29,831 nucleotides of DNA, from the IMG/VR virus record IMGVR_UViG_3300030117_001078, positions 1 to 29,831 of that record; one strand, written 5' to 3'. Below are positions 1 to 8,195 of this stretch, one piece after another (position 1 is the stretch's first letter; each line of letters begins with the position of its first letter). A program made the translations under genes and the position numbers. Source of the stretch: a virus. Taxonomy: Duplodnaviria > Caudoviricetes. The notes beneath the pieces are model-generated. The model did no database searches. It saw only the letters and a program-made list of their open reading frames with translations, and was not told the DNA's origin.

Positions 1-1
1 T

Positions 2-97
2 ATTATTGATGAGGTTAGATATTACAGTAAGGCATTATCATCAACAGAGTTATTAAAAAATTATAAACATGGAAAAGGTAAACACAAAAACTCATAG
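2..97 (+). CDS. 3' end of a LamG/concanavalin A-like lectin domain protein (partial, probably virion-associated)
   Basis: Frame 2 reads IIDEVRYYSKALSSTELLKNYKHGKGKHKNS*, matching the typical LamG C-terminal pattern IDEVRIYxxALSxxE. Stop TAG at 95-97. Not in the ORF track. Confidence 0.75.
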   Translation: MIDEVRYYSKALSSTELLKNYKHGKGKHKNS

Positions 98-105
98 GTA
101 ACATT

Positions 106-648
106 ATGTATCCAACTTATTTAATATTAACAAAAGCAATATACGAAGGTAAACTACCAAGCAAACTCAAAACTGCGGATAGATTGTCTTGGAATGAGTA
201 CACATATAAAGATGTGGAAAAAACAGCAAAAAGAATGGTAGACAAATATGATTACTACCCATCAGATGATAACACAAAAGCTGAAATAAAGGCTTATATG
301 GATGATTGTAGCGTAGATTATTTATCAAACGATACCAAAGCTGAGTTACTTGAAAAACTCAATGCAGAACCTGTATCTGTACCACAAGTTGAAGAAGAGT
401 ATACATATACAGAGCAAGAAGTAGATACTACTACATTACAAGACCCAACATGGGAAGAATGTGCATTTAAGTATGGAAAGTTAGGCGCACCAAGATGGAA
501 TAGTGACAATTCAAAAGTTCTTGTTAAATATGAATTAGCAATAGCAGATGGCACATTGGATGAAGTAAAGGCAATTGATGGCATTACTGCATTGTCACAT
601 AGTGAGTGTATAGAAGAAATGAAAAAGGATGAATGGTCTGGTGAATGA
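106..648 (+). CDS. Acidic phage protein with a HeH/LEM-like helix-extension-helix motif
   Basis: 180 aa. Segment TKAEIKAYMDDCSVDYLSNDTKAELLEKL fits the HeH/LEM pattern (TxxELKxxLxxxGIxYxxxxxKxELLxxL). Confidence 0.6.
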   Translation: MYPTYLILTKAIYEGKLPSKLKTADRLSWNEYTYKDVEKTAKRMVDKYDYYPSDDNTKAEIKAYMDDCSVDYLSNDTKAELLEKLNAEPVSVPQVEEEYTYTEQEVDTTTLQDPTWEECAFKYGKLGAPRWNSDNSKVLVKYELAIADGTLDEVKAIDGITALSHSECIEEMKKDEWSGE

Positions 649-910
649 GGATAAGAAAGATTTAATAAAAGTGATACTTATTGTAACTACAATATTTTCT
701 ATTTTTATTTTAAGTGCTTGTAATGGTGGTTGGTCTGTAGGTGGTGTTGATATATCATCGTCAGATTTACTTAGTACAGATTTTATGATTATAACAGACC
801 AAGATAGTGTAAAACATTGGTATATAAGAACTACTATTGATGGAGGGATATTAATTGGAGACAATTGGTGTCATCGTCATGAACAATGGGAAAAAGTGGA
901 AAAGAAGTGA
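641..910 (+). CDS. Putative lipoprotein (possible o-spanin or membrane accessory protein)
   Basis: Basic residues, then a hydrophobic stretch (VILIVTTIFSIFIL), then lipobox LSAC (Cys codon 719-721). GTG 641 overlaps the end of the upstream gene; the track start at 629 is an alternative. Confidence 0.6.
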   Translation: MNEDKKDLIKVILIVTTIFSIFILSACNGGWSVGGVDISSSDLLSTDFMIITDQDSVKHWYIRTTIDGGILIGDNWCHRHEQWEKVEKK

Positions 911-1236
911 ACGATGTCAAACCTAAAACAGCAAGGAGTTATCGTGGAGCTATGGTCGATGACAACGCTATTATATCTATTAATATTAAGTGGCTTATTC
1001 AAGCAGTTGTGGTTATCGCTGGACTTGTTTATTCGTACTTACAAGTTGAAAATAGAATTAAAGAACTTGAGCGAAGAGTGGAGCTCGCTGATAATAACAT
1101 TGAAGAACTTGTCAATAAACATATAGCAGAAGAAGAAGTAAAAATAAATAAAATGCAAGAACAATTAGAATGGTACGAAACAGAATTAAATTTAAACCCT
1201 TTAAGTTGGGGAAAGAAAAAAAGGAAAAGAAAGTAA
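907..1236 (+). CDS. Single-TM membrane protein with coiled coil and basic tail (i-spanin- or holin-like)
   Basis: TM segment WLIQAVVVIAGLVYSYL, heptad-rich ENRIKELERRVELADNNIEEL, KKKRKRK terminus. GTGA overlap with the upstream stop suggests a start at 907 (track gives 886). Confidence 0.6.
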   Translation: MNDVKPKTARSYRGAMVDDNAIISINIKWLIQAVVVIAGLVYSYLQVENRIKELERRVELADNNIEELVNKHIAEEEVKINKMQEQLEWYETELNLNPLSWGKKKRKRK

Positions 1237-1301
1237 TCTTAACTGAAGATGACTTTGACCATAAATATTTTATTAACAGGGAACTACGGAGAGTCCGATG
1301 A
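1170..1301 (+). CDS. Possible 43-aa hypothetical protein
   Basis: MVRNRIKFKPFKLGKEKKEKKVILTEDDFDHKYFINRELRRVR*. Fills the gap and ends in an ATGA overlap with the next ORF, but overlaps the upstream gene by 67 nt. Confidence 0.3.
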   Translation: MVRNRIKFKPFKLGKEKKEKKVILTEDDFDHKYFINRELRRVR

Positions 1302-1399
1302 AAAAAATCCCATACTATTGCATATTTTGTAATAAACCAAAAGGGGAAATATATCTTGGAGTCTGCGAAAAGTGTATTAAAAAAGAAAAAGAACAATGA
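1298..1399 (+). CDS. 33-aa zinc-finger microprotein (CxxC-x11-CxxC)
   Basis: MKKIPYYCIFCNKPKGEIYLGVCEKCIKKEKEQ*. GGAG at 1288-1291 and an ATGA overlap with the next gene. Below the ORF track cutoff. Confidence 0.65.
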   Translation: MKKIPYYCIFCNKPKGEIYLGVCEKCIKKEKEQ

Positions 1400-1716
1400 T
1401 GAACTTCATGGAAATTTACAGCGAAGCGGGTATGATAGGTGTCGTAGGGGCTTTATTAGTGTACTTAGTATACTCAATGAGCAAAAGAGGAAACGAACAA
1501 GCTAACGCAATAGAAGAATTAAAGATAGAAAATAAAGGACAGAGCGAAACCCTTGAAAATATGGAAGGAATGGTTATAAAATTAATAGATAGATGGAATA
1601 AGTCTGACGAAAAGTTAGATAGAAAATTTGATGATTTAACTAAAGAAATAAATGATTTAGATAATCAAGTATCTGAAATTAAAGGAGTTATAAGCAGATT
1701 AAATGGAAAGCACTAA
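1396..1716 (+). CDS. N-terminal TM plus coiled-coil protein (holin-like)
   Basis: TM segment AGMIGVVGALLVYLVYSM followed by a long heptad coiled coil; tandem Met-Met start. Confidence 0.55.
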   Translation: MMNFMEIYSEAGMIGVVGALLVYLVYSMSKRGNEQANAIEELKIENKGQSETLENMEGMVIKLIDRWNKSDEKLDRKFDDLTKEINDLDNQVSEIKGVISRLNGKH

Positions 1717-1952
1717 TGAAATTAAATACTAATATATCACTTGAAAACATTGTGACTATTATAGCTTTAATTTGTTCTGTAACATTAGCATTTGGTTTTA
1801 TGAAATATGATGTTAATTTGTTAAAAAAACAATTAGAATTAAAAGTAGATAAAAGAGAAGTAGTCGCTGATAGAAATTTAATAACTTACAAACTAGATGT
1901 AATGATGGAAGACATTGCAGAAATAAAACAAATACTAAAGGAGAATAAATAA
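1716..1952 (+). CDS. Small single-TM coiled-coil membrane protein
   Basis: TM segment IVTIIALICSVTLAFGFM followed by a coiled coil; TAATG coupling at both ends. Confidence 0.6.
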   Translation: MKLNTNISLENIVTIIALICSVTLAFGFMKYDVNLLKKQLELKVDKREVVADRNLITYKLDVMMEDIAEIKQILKENK

Positions 1953-2179
1953 TGAGTTTAAAATTAATAGCTTTACAATTAGCTGAAAAACAAGCAGAAG
2001 AACTTGGTAAGAAAGCCGTTGAGTGGGTTCAATCTGAAGAATTTCAAGAAGACTTAGCAAGTAAAATTAATAAAAAAATTGACATACCTTTTGTTAGTGA
2101 AGAAAAAGAACAGATATTTTTTGAAAAATGTGTTGATTTAGTTGCTGATGTTATTGAAGGTTTATTTGAAAGCAAGTAA
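1952..2179 (+). CDS. Hypothetical phage protein (75 aa)
   Basis: AGGAG RBS upstream and TAATG overlaps at both ends. Confidence 0.75.
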   Translation: MSLKLIALQLAEKQAEELGKKAVEWVQSEEFQEDLASKINKKIDIPFVSEEKEQIFFEKCVDLVADVIEGLFESK

Positions 2180-2310
2180 TGGATACTAAAAAAAGAAAAG
2201 TCAAAAAGGTAAAATGTTGTATTGAAGAAAGTAGAATACAAGAAATAGAAGAATCTATTGCATACTTGCAAGATAAACTTGATAAAGTATTAGTAAGAAT
2301 GGGATTATAA
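2179..2310 (+). CDS. 43-aa hypothetical coiled-coil protein
   Basis: MDTKKRKVKKVKCCIEESRIQEIEESIAYLQDKLDKVLVRMGL*. Starts in a TAATG overlap and ends 1 nt before the next ATG. Not in the track. Confidence 0.7.
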   Translation: MDTKKRKVKKVKCCIEESRIQEIEESIAYLQDKLDKVLVRMGL

Positions 2311-2311
2311 A

Positions 2312-2599
2312 ATGGCTCGTAAACAAGGTAAAATGCCTGCTAAAAATAAAAAGAACTTTCGGTCCACTAAGTCTGGAGCTGGAATGACACGAGCAGGTGT
2401 AGCAGCTTATAGACGAATGAACCCAGGTTCTAAGTTAAAAACAGCAGTAACTGGTAAAGTAAAGCCTGGTAGTAAATCAGCAAAACGTAGAAAAAGTTAT
2501 TGTAGTCGTTCTGCAGGTCAAATGAGAATGCATGGAATTAATTGTTCAAAGACTCCTGATAAGAGAATTTGCGCAGCTAGAAGACGTTGGAGGTGTTAA
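2312..2599 (+). CDS. Small, very basic Cys-containing phage protein (tentatively DUF6321-like)
   Basis: K/R-rich 95 aa with AYRRMNPGSKLKTAVT...RRKSYCSR...ARRRWRC, a pattern I recall from aquatic phage proteins. The family name is from memory and unverified. Confidence 0.7.
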   Translation: MARKQGKMPAKNKKNFRSTKSGAGMTRAGVAAYRRMNPGSKLKTAVTGKVKPGSKSAKRRKSYCSRSAGQMRMHGINCSKTPDKRICAARRRWRC

Positions 2600-2734
2600 A
2601 TGTCTAAGAAAGATGCTTGTTATTATAAAGTAAAAGCAAGGTATAAAGTATGGCCATCAGCATATGCTTCAGGTGCATTGAGTAAATGCAGAAAAGTTGG
2701 AGCAGCTAATTGGGGTAACTCAAAGAAAAAGTAA
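2600..2734 (+). CDS. 44-aa basic Cys-containing phage protein
   Basis: MSKKDACYYKVKARYKVWPSAYASGALSKCRKVGAANWGNSKKK*. Abuts the upstream stop, has GGAGG upstream and a TAATG overlap downstream. Not in the track. Confidence 0.8.
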   Translation: MSKKDACYYKVKARYKVWPSAYASGALSKCRKVGAANWGNSKKK

Positions 2735-2928
2735 TGGCTAAAGAAGGATTAAGAAAATGGTTTTCTCGCAATCAAGGTAAGGGTTGGGTAGATTGTAAAA
2801 CTGGAAAACCATGTGGAAGACGTAAAGGTGAAAAGCGAAAATCATACCCAGCTTGCAGACCTACAATGGCTCAATGTACATCTGCAATGAAAAAGAAAAC
2901 GAGCAGTAAACGAATAAGTTGGAAATAA
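2734..2928 (+). CDS. Small basic Cys-containing phage protein (tentatively DUF5872-like)
   Basis: GLRKWF...WVDCKTGKPCGR...YPACRP; TAATG coupling at both ends. Confidence 0.7.
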   Translation: MAKEGLRKWFSRNQGKGWVDCKTGKPCGRRKGEKRKSYPACRPTMAQCTSAMKKKTSSKRISWK

Positions 2929-3212
2929 TGCCTGATGTTATAGGATTAGCAGATGTATCTAGTAAGGATACAGGTCGTGGTAGTTCTTTAAAAACTGGAG
3001 GCATGCGCAGAACATATAATAAAAGGAGAAAAAAGATGCCAAGTGCAATGAAATGTAAAAGTGGATGGAAAAAAATGGGATACAAAAGCATGAGTGATTG
3101 TATGTCATATGGTAAGAAAAAAGTTGGTGACTTAAACAAAGATGGTAAAATGTCATCTTATGAAAGTAAAAGGTCAGCAGCTATACAAAAAGCAATGAAA
3201 GGTAGAAAGTAA
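2928..3212 (+). CDS. Small basic protein with a GWKKMGYKSMSDC motif and an EF-hand-like loop
   Basis: TAATG overlap favours a start at 2928. There is also an in-frame ATG at 3036 with AGGAG at 3024-3028. DLNKDGKMSSYE is encoded at 3129-3164. Confidence 0.7.
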   Translation: MPDVIGLADVSSKDTGRGSSLKTGGMRRTYNKRRKKMPSAMKCKSGWKKMGYKSMSDCMSYGKKKVGDLNKDGKMSSYESKRSAAIQKAMKGRK

Positions 3213-3298
3213 TGCCAAGTAAAGCAAAGTGCAAAGTAGGTTGGAAAAAGATGGGTTATAAGTCTATGTCTGATTGTCAAAGTTATGGTAAAAAGAAA
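3036..3298 (+). repeat. Duplicated 29-codon module (3036-3122 and 3212-3298)
   Basis: MPSAMKCKSGWKKMGYKSMSDCMSYGKKK versus MPSKAKCKVGWKKMGYKSMSDCQSYGKKK: 25/29 residues identical. Confidence 0.9.
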
Positions 3299-3418
3299 AT
3301 GACTCAAAAACCAGATACTAGTGTTAAAGATGAAAGTGCTAAAAGAGGAAAAGATAGAGCTGTAGCTGCTAATTACAGAATGAAAAAAAGATTAGCTAAA
3401 CAAGCTAGTTCATATTAA
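3212..3418 (+). CDS. Small basic protein, partial paralog of the upstream gene
   Basis: 68 aa, shares the 29-aa module, TAATG coupling at both ends. Confidence 0.8.
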   Translation: MPSKAKCKVGWKKMGYKSMSDCQSYGKKKMTQKPDTSVKDESAKRGKDRAVAANYRMKKRLAKQASSY

Positions 3419-3573
3419 TGAAGATAAATATAGACTTATTCGGAGACGATACAGGCTTCGGAGATACAGTCGGTAGAGCTATTAACGTAGTTACTAGAGG
3501 CAAAATAAAGGAGTGTGGAGGATGCAAGAAAAGAAAAGCATTGTTGAACAGGATGATACCTTACAGGAAATAG
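3418..3573 (+). CDS. 51-aa phage protein with GFGDT...CGGCKKR motif
   Basis: MKINIDLFGDDTGFGDTVGRAINVVTRGKIKECGGCKKRKALLNRMIPYRK*. TAATG start. Not in the track. Confidence 0.75.
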   Translation: MKINIDLFGDDTGFGDTVGRAINVVTRGKIKECGGCKKRKALLNRMIPYRK

Positions 3574-3761
3574 CAAGAGGTGGAGGCCGTATATCTGGTA
3601 AAGAAGGTGGTCTTAGATTAGATGTTTTCAAACATGATGAAATAGCATATGCTAATGGTACAGACTTTAGTACAGAAGATTGTGCTGTTTGCGAACTTCC
3701 AGAAACTGCTCAAAGATATATAGTAGAAGATATAGAATACGAAGATTCTAGAGGCAGATAG
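3522..3761 (+). CDS. Acidic hypothetical protein with CxxC
   Basis: AAGGAG at 3508-3513 precedes ATG 3522 (track start GTG 3513). Contains CAVC. TAGTG overlap with the tail gene. Confidence 0.6.
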   Translation: MQEKKSIVEQDDTLQEIARGGGRISGKEGGLRLDVFKHDEIAYANGTDFSTEDCAVCELPETAQRYIVEDIEYEDSRGR

Positions 3762-6739
3762 TGCCTAAAGAAGTTTTTAAAATTGAAGGTTTCCACGGCG
3801 GACTTAATAGCAACTCAGACCCTAGAGATATAAGAGATAATGAATCTCCTTCTTTAAAAGACGTTGGAATAGATTCTGTTGGTAAAATAAAAACATTAGG
3901 TAGTTTTGATAACGGAAACATAGTTCATTCTGGAAATGCACAAAGTGTATTAGCCTCAACTCATATACAATTAGCAAGCGCAGCCTCAGATACTGATGAT
4001 GCATATAATGGATATAGTATATTTATTACTGCTGGCACTGGTTCGCCTCAAGAAAACAAAATAAATGATTACACTGGTAGTACTAATACAGTAGTTCTTA
4101 GTCAAGCTTGGGGTAGCCCTTCTAATCCAACTGGTGGCAGTTCATATGAAATAAGAGGAGATGGCAATGAAGTAAGCATTGTTAAAAATAGAGGTTTGTT
4201 TACTATGTCTAGTGATAGAAAGATAGATGGAAATTTATCTAATGAAACACTTATATTTTTATACGATGATGGTGGAGATACTATAGATGTAAAAGACAGT
4301 GATACATGGAATACTGCTAAAATAAATATGGGAGGTAATACAATTCCAATTTATTATACTGCTGATGGAGTCATAAGAGTTTCTGACATAGCTTTAGTGC
4401 GAAATAGTCAATGGTTTGGATATATATCTGGTCAAAAATTTAATGGATTAAATGCAATATCTCATCCAACTGACGCTGATATTGGATGGTATAACGTAGA
4501 ACAATCATTAGCAACTCCAACATCAGGTCATTGTTTAATATCTACTCCTGCTGTAGGCACTGATAGCAATGGAATATTTTCTTCAGCTAGTGAATATATA
4601 GGCAATGTTATAGATGATGGTGGAAGTGGTGATGTAGTAGACCATAGCGCAGTTAATCTTAGAGTTGGTGTTCAATTAAATGAAATAATAGCAAGTGGTC
4701 ACGCAGATTGGGATTTTAATATTCAACAAACAAATGACCCAAGTAGTGATTCAACAGATATATATCCATGTATAGGAACTGCTGTAACTCAAATTGTTGG
4801 AACTGGTTCTGCTCTAAAATTTGCATCAATAGGAGTTAATGGTCTTGATTACACTATTGGGGATAATCAATGTTTAATAGTTTCAATATTTTTTACAACT
4901 TCTGAATATGGAGACCTTAGAAAAATTAAAGTTTCTGGAGGAAGTGTAACTTGGGAATTTGGATTAGACGATATAAAACCAAATATGTGGAATTTATTAG
5001 TTTGCTCTGGAGATAATATTAATAGTGGTAGTGAAAATTTTCCAATAGATAGTTCAGCTAGTAACTTTTCACTTTTTATTTATGATAATCATCCAGGCGG
5101 AGGAGGTTCCACTGATGTTACTTATTATGTAAGTGGAGTTGCTATTGCTCAATCTCAAAGTATTGATGCATTTCAACCTGGCGTTTATACATTTCACCAT
5201 ACATATTTATATGATGTAGAACATAAACAAGAATCATTACCAACTGAATTTAGTGGTGTAGATAGTGGCAGCGAACCAGATAATGTTAGTTCTATTAATG
5301 TAGCAGGTTCATCTGTGTTATTTAATTTTGATGCATATATATGTAGTAATAATGCTTCACCTGCTTATGCATTTAATAAAAGAATAAGTGGTTCTAGATT
5401 ATATTACAAAAAAGAAGAAAACGATAATTATTTTCTTATTGGAGAATTAGATTTTGTTGATAAAGGATTCAAATTCTTACCAGAAGCAGATACTCTTTCA
5501 TATACAATGACTAATACATCAGATACTACTGCTCCAATATTGAGTAAAACTGCTTTAATAAAAGGAATATCTCCAGAAACTGCAAATACAATAGATACGT
5601 TTAAAACTATAAATGGTTTTTCTACAGAAGTAAAATCATTAGATGCTAAATATAAAACTGCTGTAGTACATGGAAGAAGAGTATACATAGGCAATATTAA
5701 AAGACCTGATGGTAAAACACATCCTGATAGAATTATTAAAAGTCAAGTAAATAGATTTGATACATTCCCAGAAGGAATGGGTTCAGTAGATGTAGTAATA
5801 AGAGATGGAGAAAGTATTGTTAAATTAGAAGCATATGCAGATAGAATACTTCAATTTAAACAACATAGTTTATATATAATTAATGTTTCAGAAAGTGTAG
5901 ACTTTTTAGAAGATACATTTAGAAACAAAGGATGCGCATTTGATTATCATGTTGTAAGAATAGATATGGGAGTTGCTTGGTTTAATGACCATGGTTGTTT
6001 TTTATATAATGGTAAAACTGTATTAGACTTACTTGAAAAACAAGGAATTAGATTAATAAGTGAAGAGGACTGGGAAGCATTTGTTACTGATGGAGTTGAT
6101 GGTTCTGCTGATGACCCAGATATGAGTAGTGCAATGATAGGATATGTTCCTAAAAAGAAACATTTAATAATTAAAAATGAAAATAATGATATATACTTAT
6201 ATGATTTTGTTTTACAAGCATGGACAACTGGGATTGGAAAAATAACAGAATCAACAGCAATGACAAACTTTGCATTAGATGGAGACCAAAATTTATTTTA
6301 CATAGATAATACAACAACTATTAGAAAGACTTGGCAGGTATCTCCTCAAGAATCAAGTAATTTTGAATACATAACTCCAGATATTGATTTTGGTCAATCA
6401 AGTGTAAGAAAAAAAATATATAGAGTAAGAATTAATTATAAAGGAGATGCTGATAATTTAACAATTAATTATTCTGTTAATGGTGATACAGACTTTCCTT
6501 ATGATTTTGAAGGAACAGATGCCTCAACAGGAAAACCAACAGGTTCTACAGCTAGTAGCAGTAAACCCTTACATGATAAAACAGATTTAACACAATGGTA
6601 TCAAGCAGAGTTAAAACCAGATGTATCATCAGAATCTAATAATATATATAGTTTTAAATTAAGAATGCAAGGAACAGTTGATAATGATTTTGAAATAAAT
6701 GATATATCAATAATATATAGATTAAAGAATGTAAGATAA
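3761..6739 (+). CDS. Tail hub/nozzle (stabilization) protein, P22 gp10 / T7 gp12-like beta-propeller
   Basis: 992 aa with GTG start. N-terminal FHGGLNSNSDPRDI and C-terminal YITPDIDFG...KKIYRV patterns are typical of podophage stabilization proteins. Beta-rich, and located before the ejection genes. Confidence 0.75.
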   Translation: MPKEVFKIEGFHGGLNSNSDPRDIRDNESPSLKDVGIDSVGKIKTLGSFDNGNIVHSGNAQSVLASTHIQLASAASDTDDAYNGYSIFITAGTGSPQENKINDYTGSTNTVVLSQAWGSPSNPTGGSSYEIRGDGNEVSIVKNRGLFTMSSDRKIDGNLSNETLIFLYDDGGDTIDVKDSDTWNTAKINMGGNTIPIYYTADGVIRVSDIALVRNSQWFGYISGQKFNGLNAISHPTDADIGWYNVEQSLATPTSGHCLISTPAVGTDSNGIFSSASEYIGNVIDDGGSGDVVDHSAVNLRVGVQLNEIIASGHADWDFNIQQTNDPSSDSTDIYPCIGTAVTQIVGTGSALKFASIGVNGLDYTIGDNQCLIVSIFFTTSEYGDLRKIKVSGGSVTWEFGLDDIKPNMWNLLVCSGDNINSGSENFPIDSSASNFSLFIYDNHPGGGGSTDVTYYVSGVAIAQSQSIDAFQPGVYTFHHTYLYDVEHKQESLPTEFSGVDSGSEPDNVSSINVAGSSVLFNFDAYICSNNASPAYAFNKRISGSRLYYKKEENDNYFLIGELDFVDKGFKFLPEADTLSYTMTNTSDTTAPILSKTALIKGISPETANTIDTFKTINGFSTEVKSLDAKYKTAVVHGRRVYIGNIKRPDGKTHPDRIIKSQVNRFDTFPEGMGSVDVVIRDGESIVKLEAYADRILQFKQHSLYIINVSESVDFLEDTFRNKGCAFDYHVVRIDMGVAWFNDHGCFLYNGKTVLDLLEKQGIRLISEEDWEAFVTDGVDGSADDPDMSSAMIGYVPKKKHLIIKNENNDIYLYDFVLQAWTTGIGKITESTAMTNFALDGDQNLFYIDNTTTIRKTWQVSPQESSNFEYITPDIDFGQSSVRKKIYRVRINYKGDADNLTINYSVNGDTDFPYDFEGTDASTGKPTGSTASSSKPLHDKTDLTQWYQAELKPDVSSESNNIYSFKLRMQGTVDNDFEINDISIIYRLKNVR

Positions 6740-8133
6740 TGGGATTAACTAGAGAAGAACGACAACTATTACATCAAAAGTCTAAACAACCTACTTTTGG
6801 CAATGGTAAGCCTGATAGTAATCAAGGCAATGAAGGTGATATAGCATATAGAAAAGTAGAAGGTTCTGGATTAGTTCAATATGTAAAACAGAATGGAAGT
6901 TGGGTAGCAGTAGGTTCACAAGGTGATATGCCTGATACTAGAGATGTAACTAGAACTGTACCTAGTGGTGGTGGAGGAGTAGGTTCTCATAGTCATGGTG
7001 AATTTATTAAAAAAGATGGTAGTGTTGCATACACAGGTAGTCAATCATTTGGAAGTAACAATATATCTAATGTAGGTAATTTAGATGTAGATGGTAGTAC
7101 TACTTTAGATAAAGTTACAATAGATACTACTGATGGTGCTTTTTCAGTGGGTGGAGCAAATCCTATAAATCTTACTACAACTGGAACTAATAAAATTAAT
7201 TTAACATCTGGAAATGATATAGATATTACACCAACAGGTGATTTAGATGTTGATGCTAATAATATAACTGTTGATACTACAAGACAATATACTGGAAGTA
7301 TAACAGGAGATTATCTTTTACAAGGTGCATCAAATATGACTACACAAGCAACTGGTTCAGCAGCTAACACATTATTAGTTCAAAACACAAATAATCATGG
7401 TTCTTCATTTACAGGGTTACATTTAAAAACAGACTCAGGTGGAGCTGCAAATTGTTTTAATAATATAGTAATTAATTGCGATAATGTAGCAGCTAAAGGT
7501 AGTGATTATGGAGTTACAATAAGAAGTGAAAATGGAATAGTTATAGAAGCTGCTGATGCAAATGCGGCTAATAATCCCACTCAAATAAAAATGGTAGCAA
7601 ATGGTGGAATAGATATTGGAGTAGATACTACATTAACACCAGCCTCAACAAGCCCAGAAGTAAGAACTTTAGTTCATGGATTATTTGAAATACAAACACT
7701 ATATAAAGAAAGTGGTTCAATAAATTGTTCTACTCATGATGTAGCATTTGACCAACTTAAAACTACAAAATTAATAAATAATTATACTCATGCTAAATCT
7801 TCAAATAGTGTATCAGATGGTAGTTCTTTTGTAATTATACCTGGCGCTACTTTAGATAATACTAATGGTACTATGTATAAAATTTATGTTGGAGCTAGTA
7901 GTGGAAGTTTATATGTAGTTCATACTGCTGTTGCTATAAAATTAGGTTCAGGAGGTTTTAGAGTAGCATCTACTGGTCAAAATGCTAGTAGTGGTAGTAA
8001 TTATGGAACAATAACAGTTACTCATAGTTCATCTACTACTGCAAATGGAATTGAGTGGACAAATAATTTAGGTTCAGTCGCATCAGTATATGCAACAGTT
8101 CAAAGAATAATTGAGTCAAGTGATTATCCTTAA
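6739..8133 (+). CDS. Putative tail fibre/spike/needle protein
   Basis: 464 aa, very rich in G/S/T/N with short beta-repeat character; directly coupled to the hub gene. Confidence 0.55.
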   Translation: MGLTREERQLLHQKSKQPTFGNGKPDSNQGNEGDIAYRKVEGSGLVQYVKQNGSWVAVGSQGDMPDTRDVTRTVPSGGGGVGSHSHGEFIKKDGSVAYTGSQSFGSNNISNVGNLDVDGSTTLDKVTIDTTDGAFSVGGANPINLTTTGTNKINLTSGNDIDITPTGDLDVDANNITVDTTRQYTGSITGDYLLQGASNMTTQATGSAANTLLVQNTNNHGSSFTGLHLKTDSGGAANCFNNIVINCDNVAAKGSDYGVTIRSENGIVIEAADANAANNPTQIKMVANGGIDIGVDTTLTPASTSPEVRTLVHGLFEIQTLYKESGSINCSTHDVAFDQLKTTKLINNYTHAKSSNSVSDGSSFVIIPGATLDNTNGTMYKIYVGASSGSLYVVHTAVAIKLGSGGFRVASTGQNASSGSNYGTITVTHSSSTTANGIEWTNNLGSVASVYATVQRIIESSDYP

Positions 8134-8141
8134 TAATAGCA

Positions 8142-8170
8142 TTGAAACAAAATAATTTGTTTATTAAATT
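8142..8170 (+). promoter_or_regulatory. Candidate sigma70-type promoter with an overlapping inverted repeat
   Basis: TTGAAA (8142-8147), 17 nt, TAAATT (8165-8170) in a 62-nt intergenic gap. Inverted repeat AAACAAA-ataa-TTTGTTT at 8145-8162. The AT-rich context weakens the call. Confidence 0.4.
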
Positions 8171-8195
8171 AAATAGTAAAAGTATATAGTAGATT

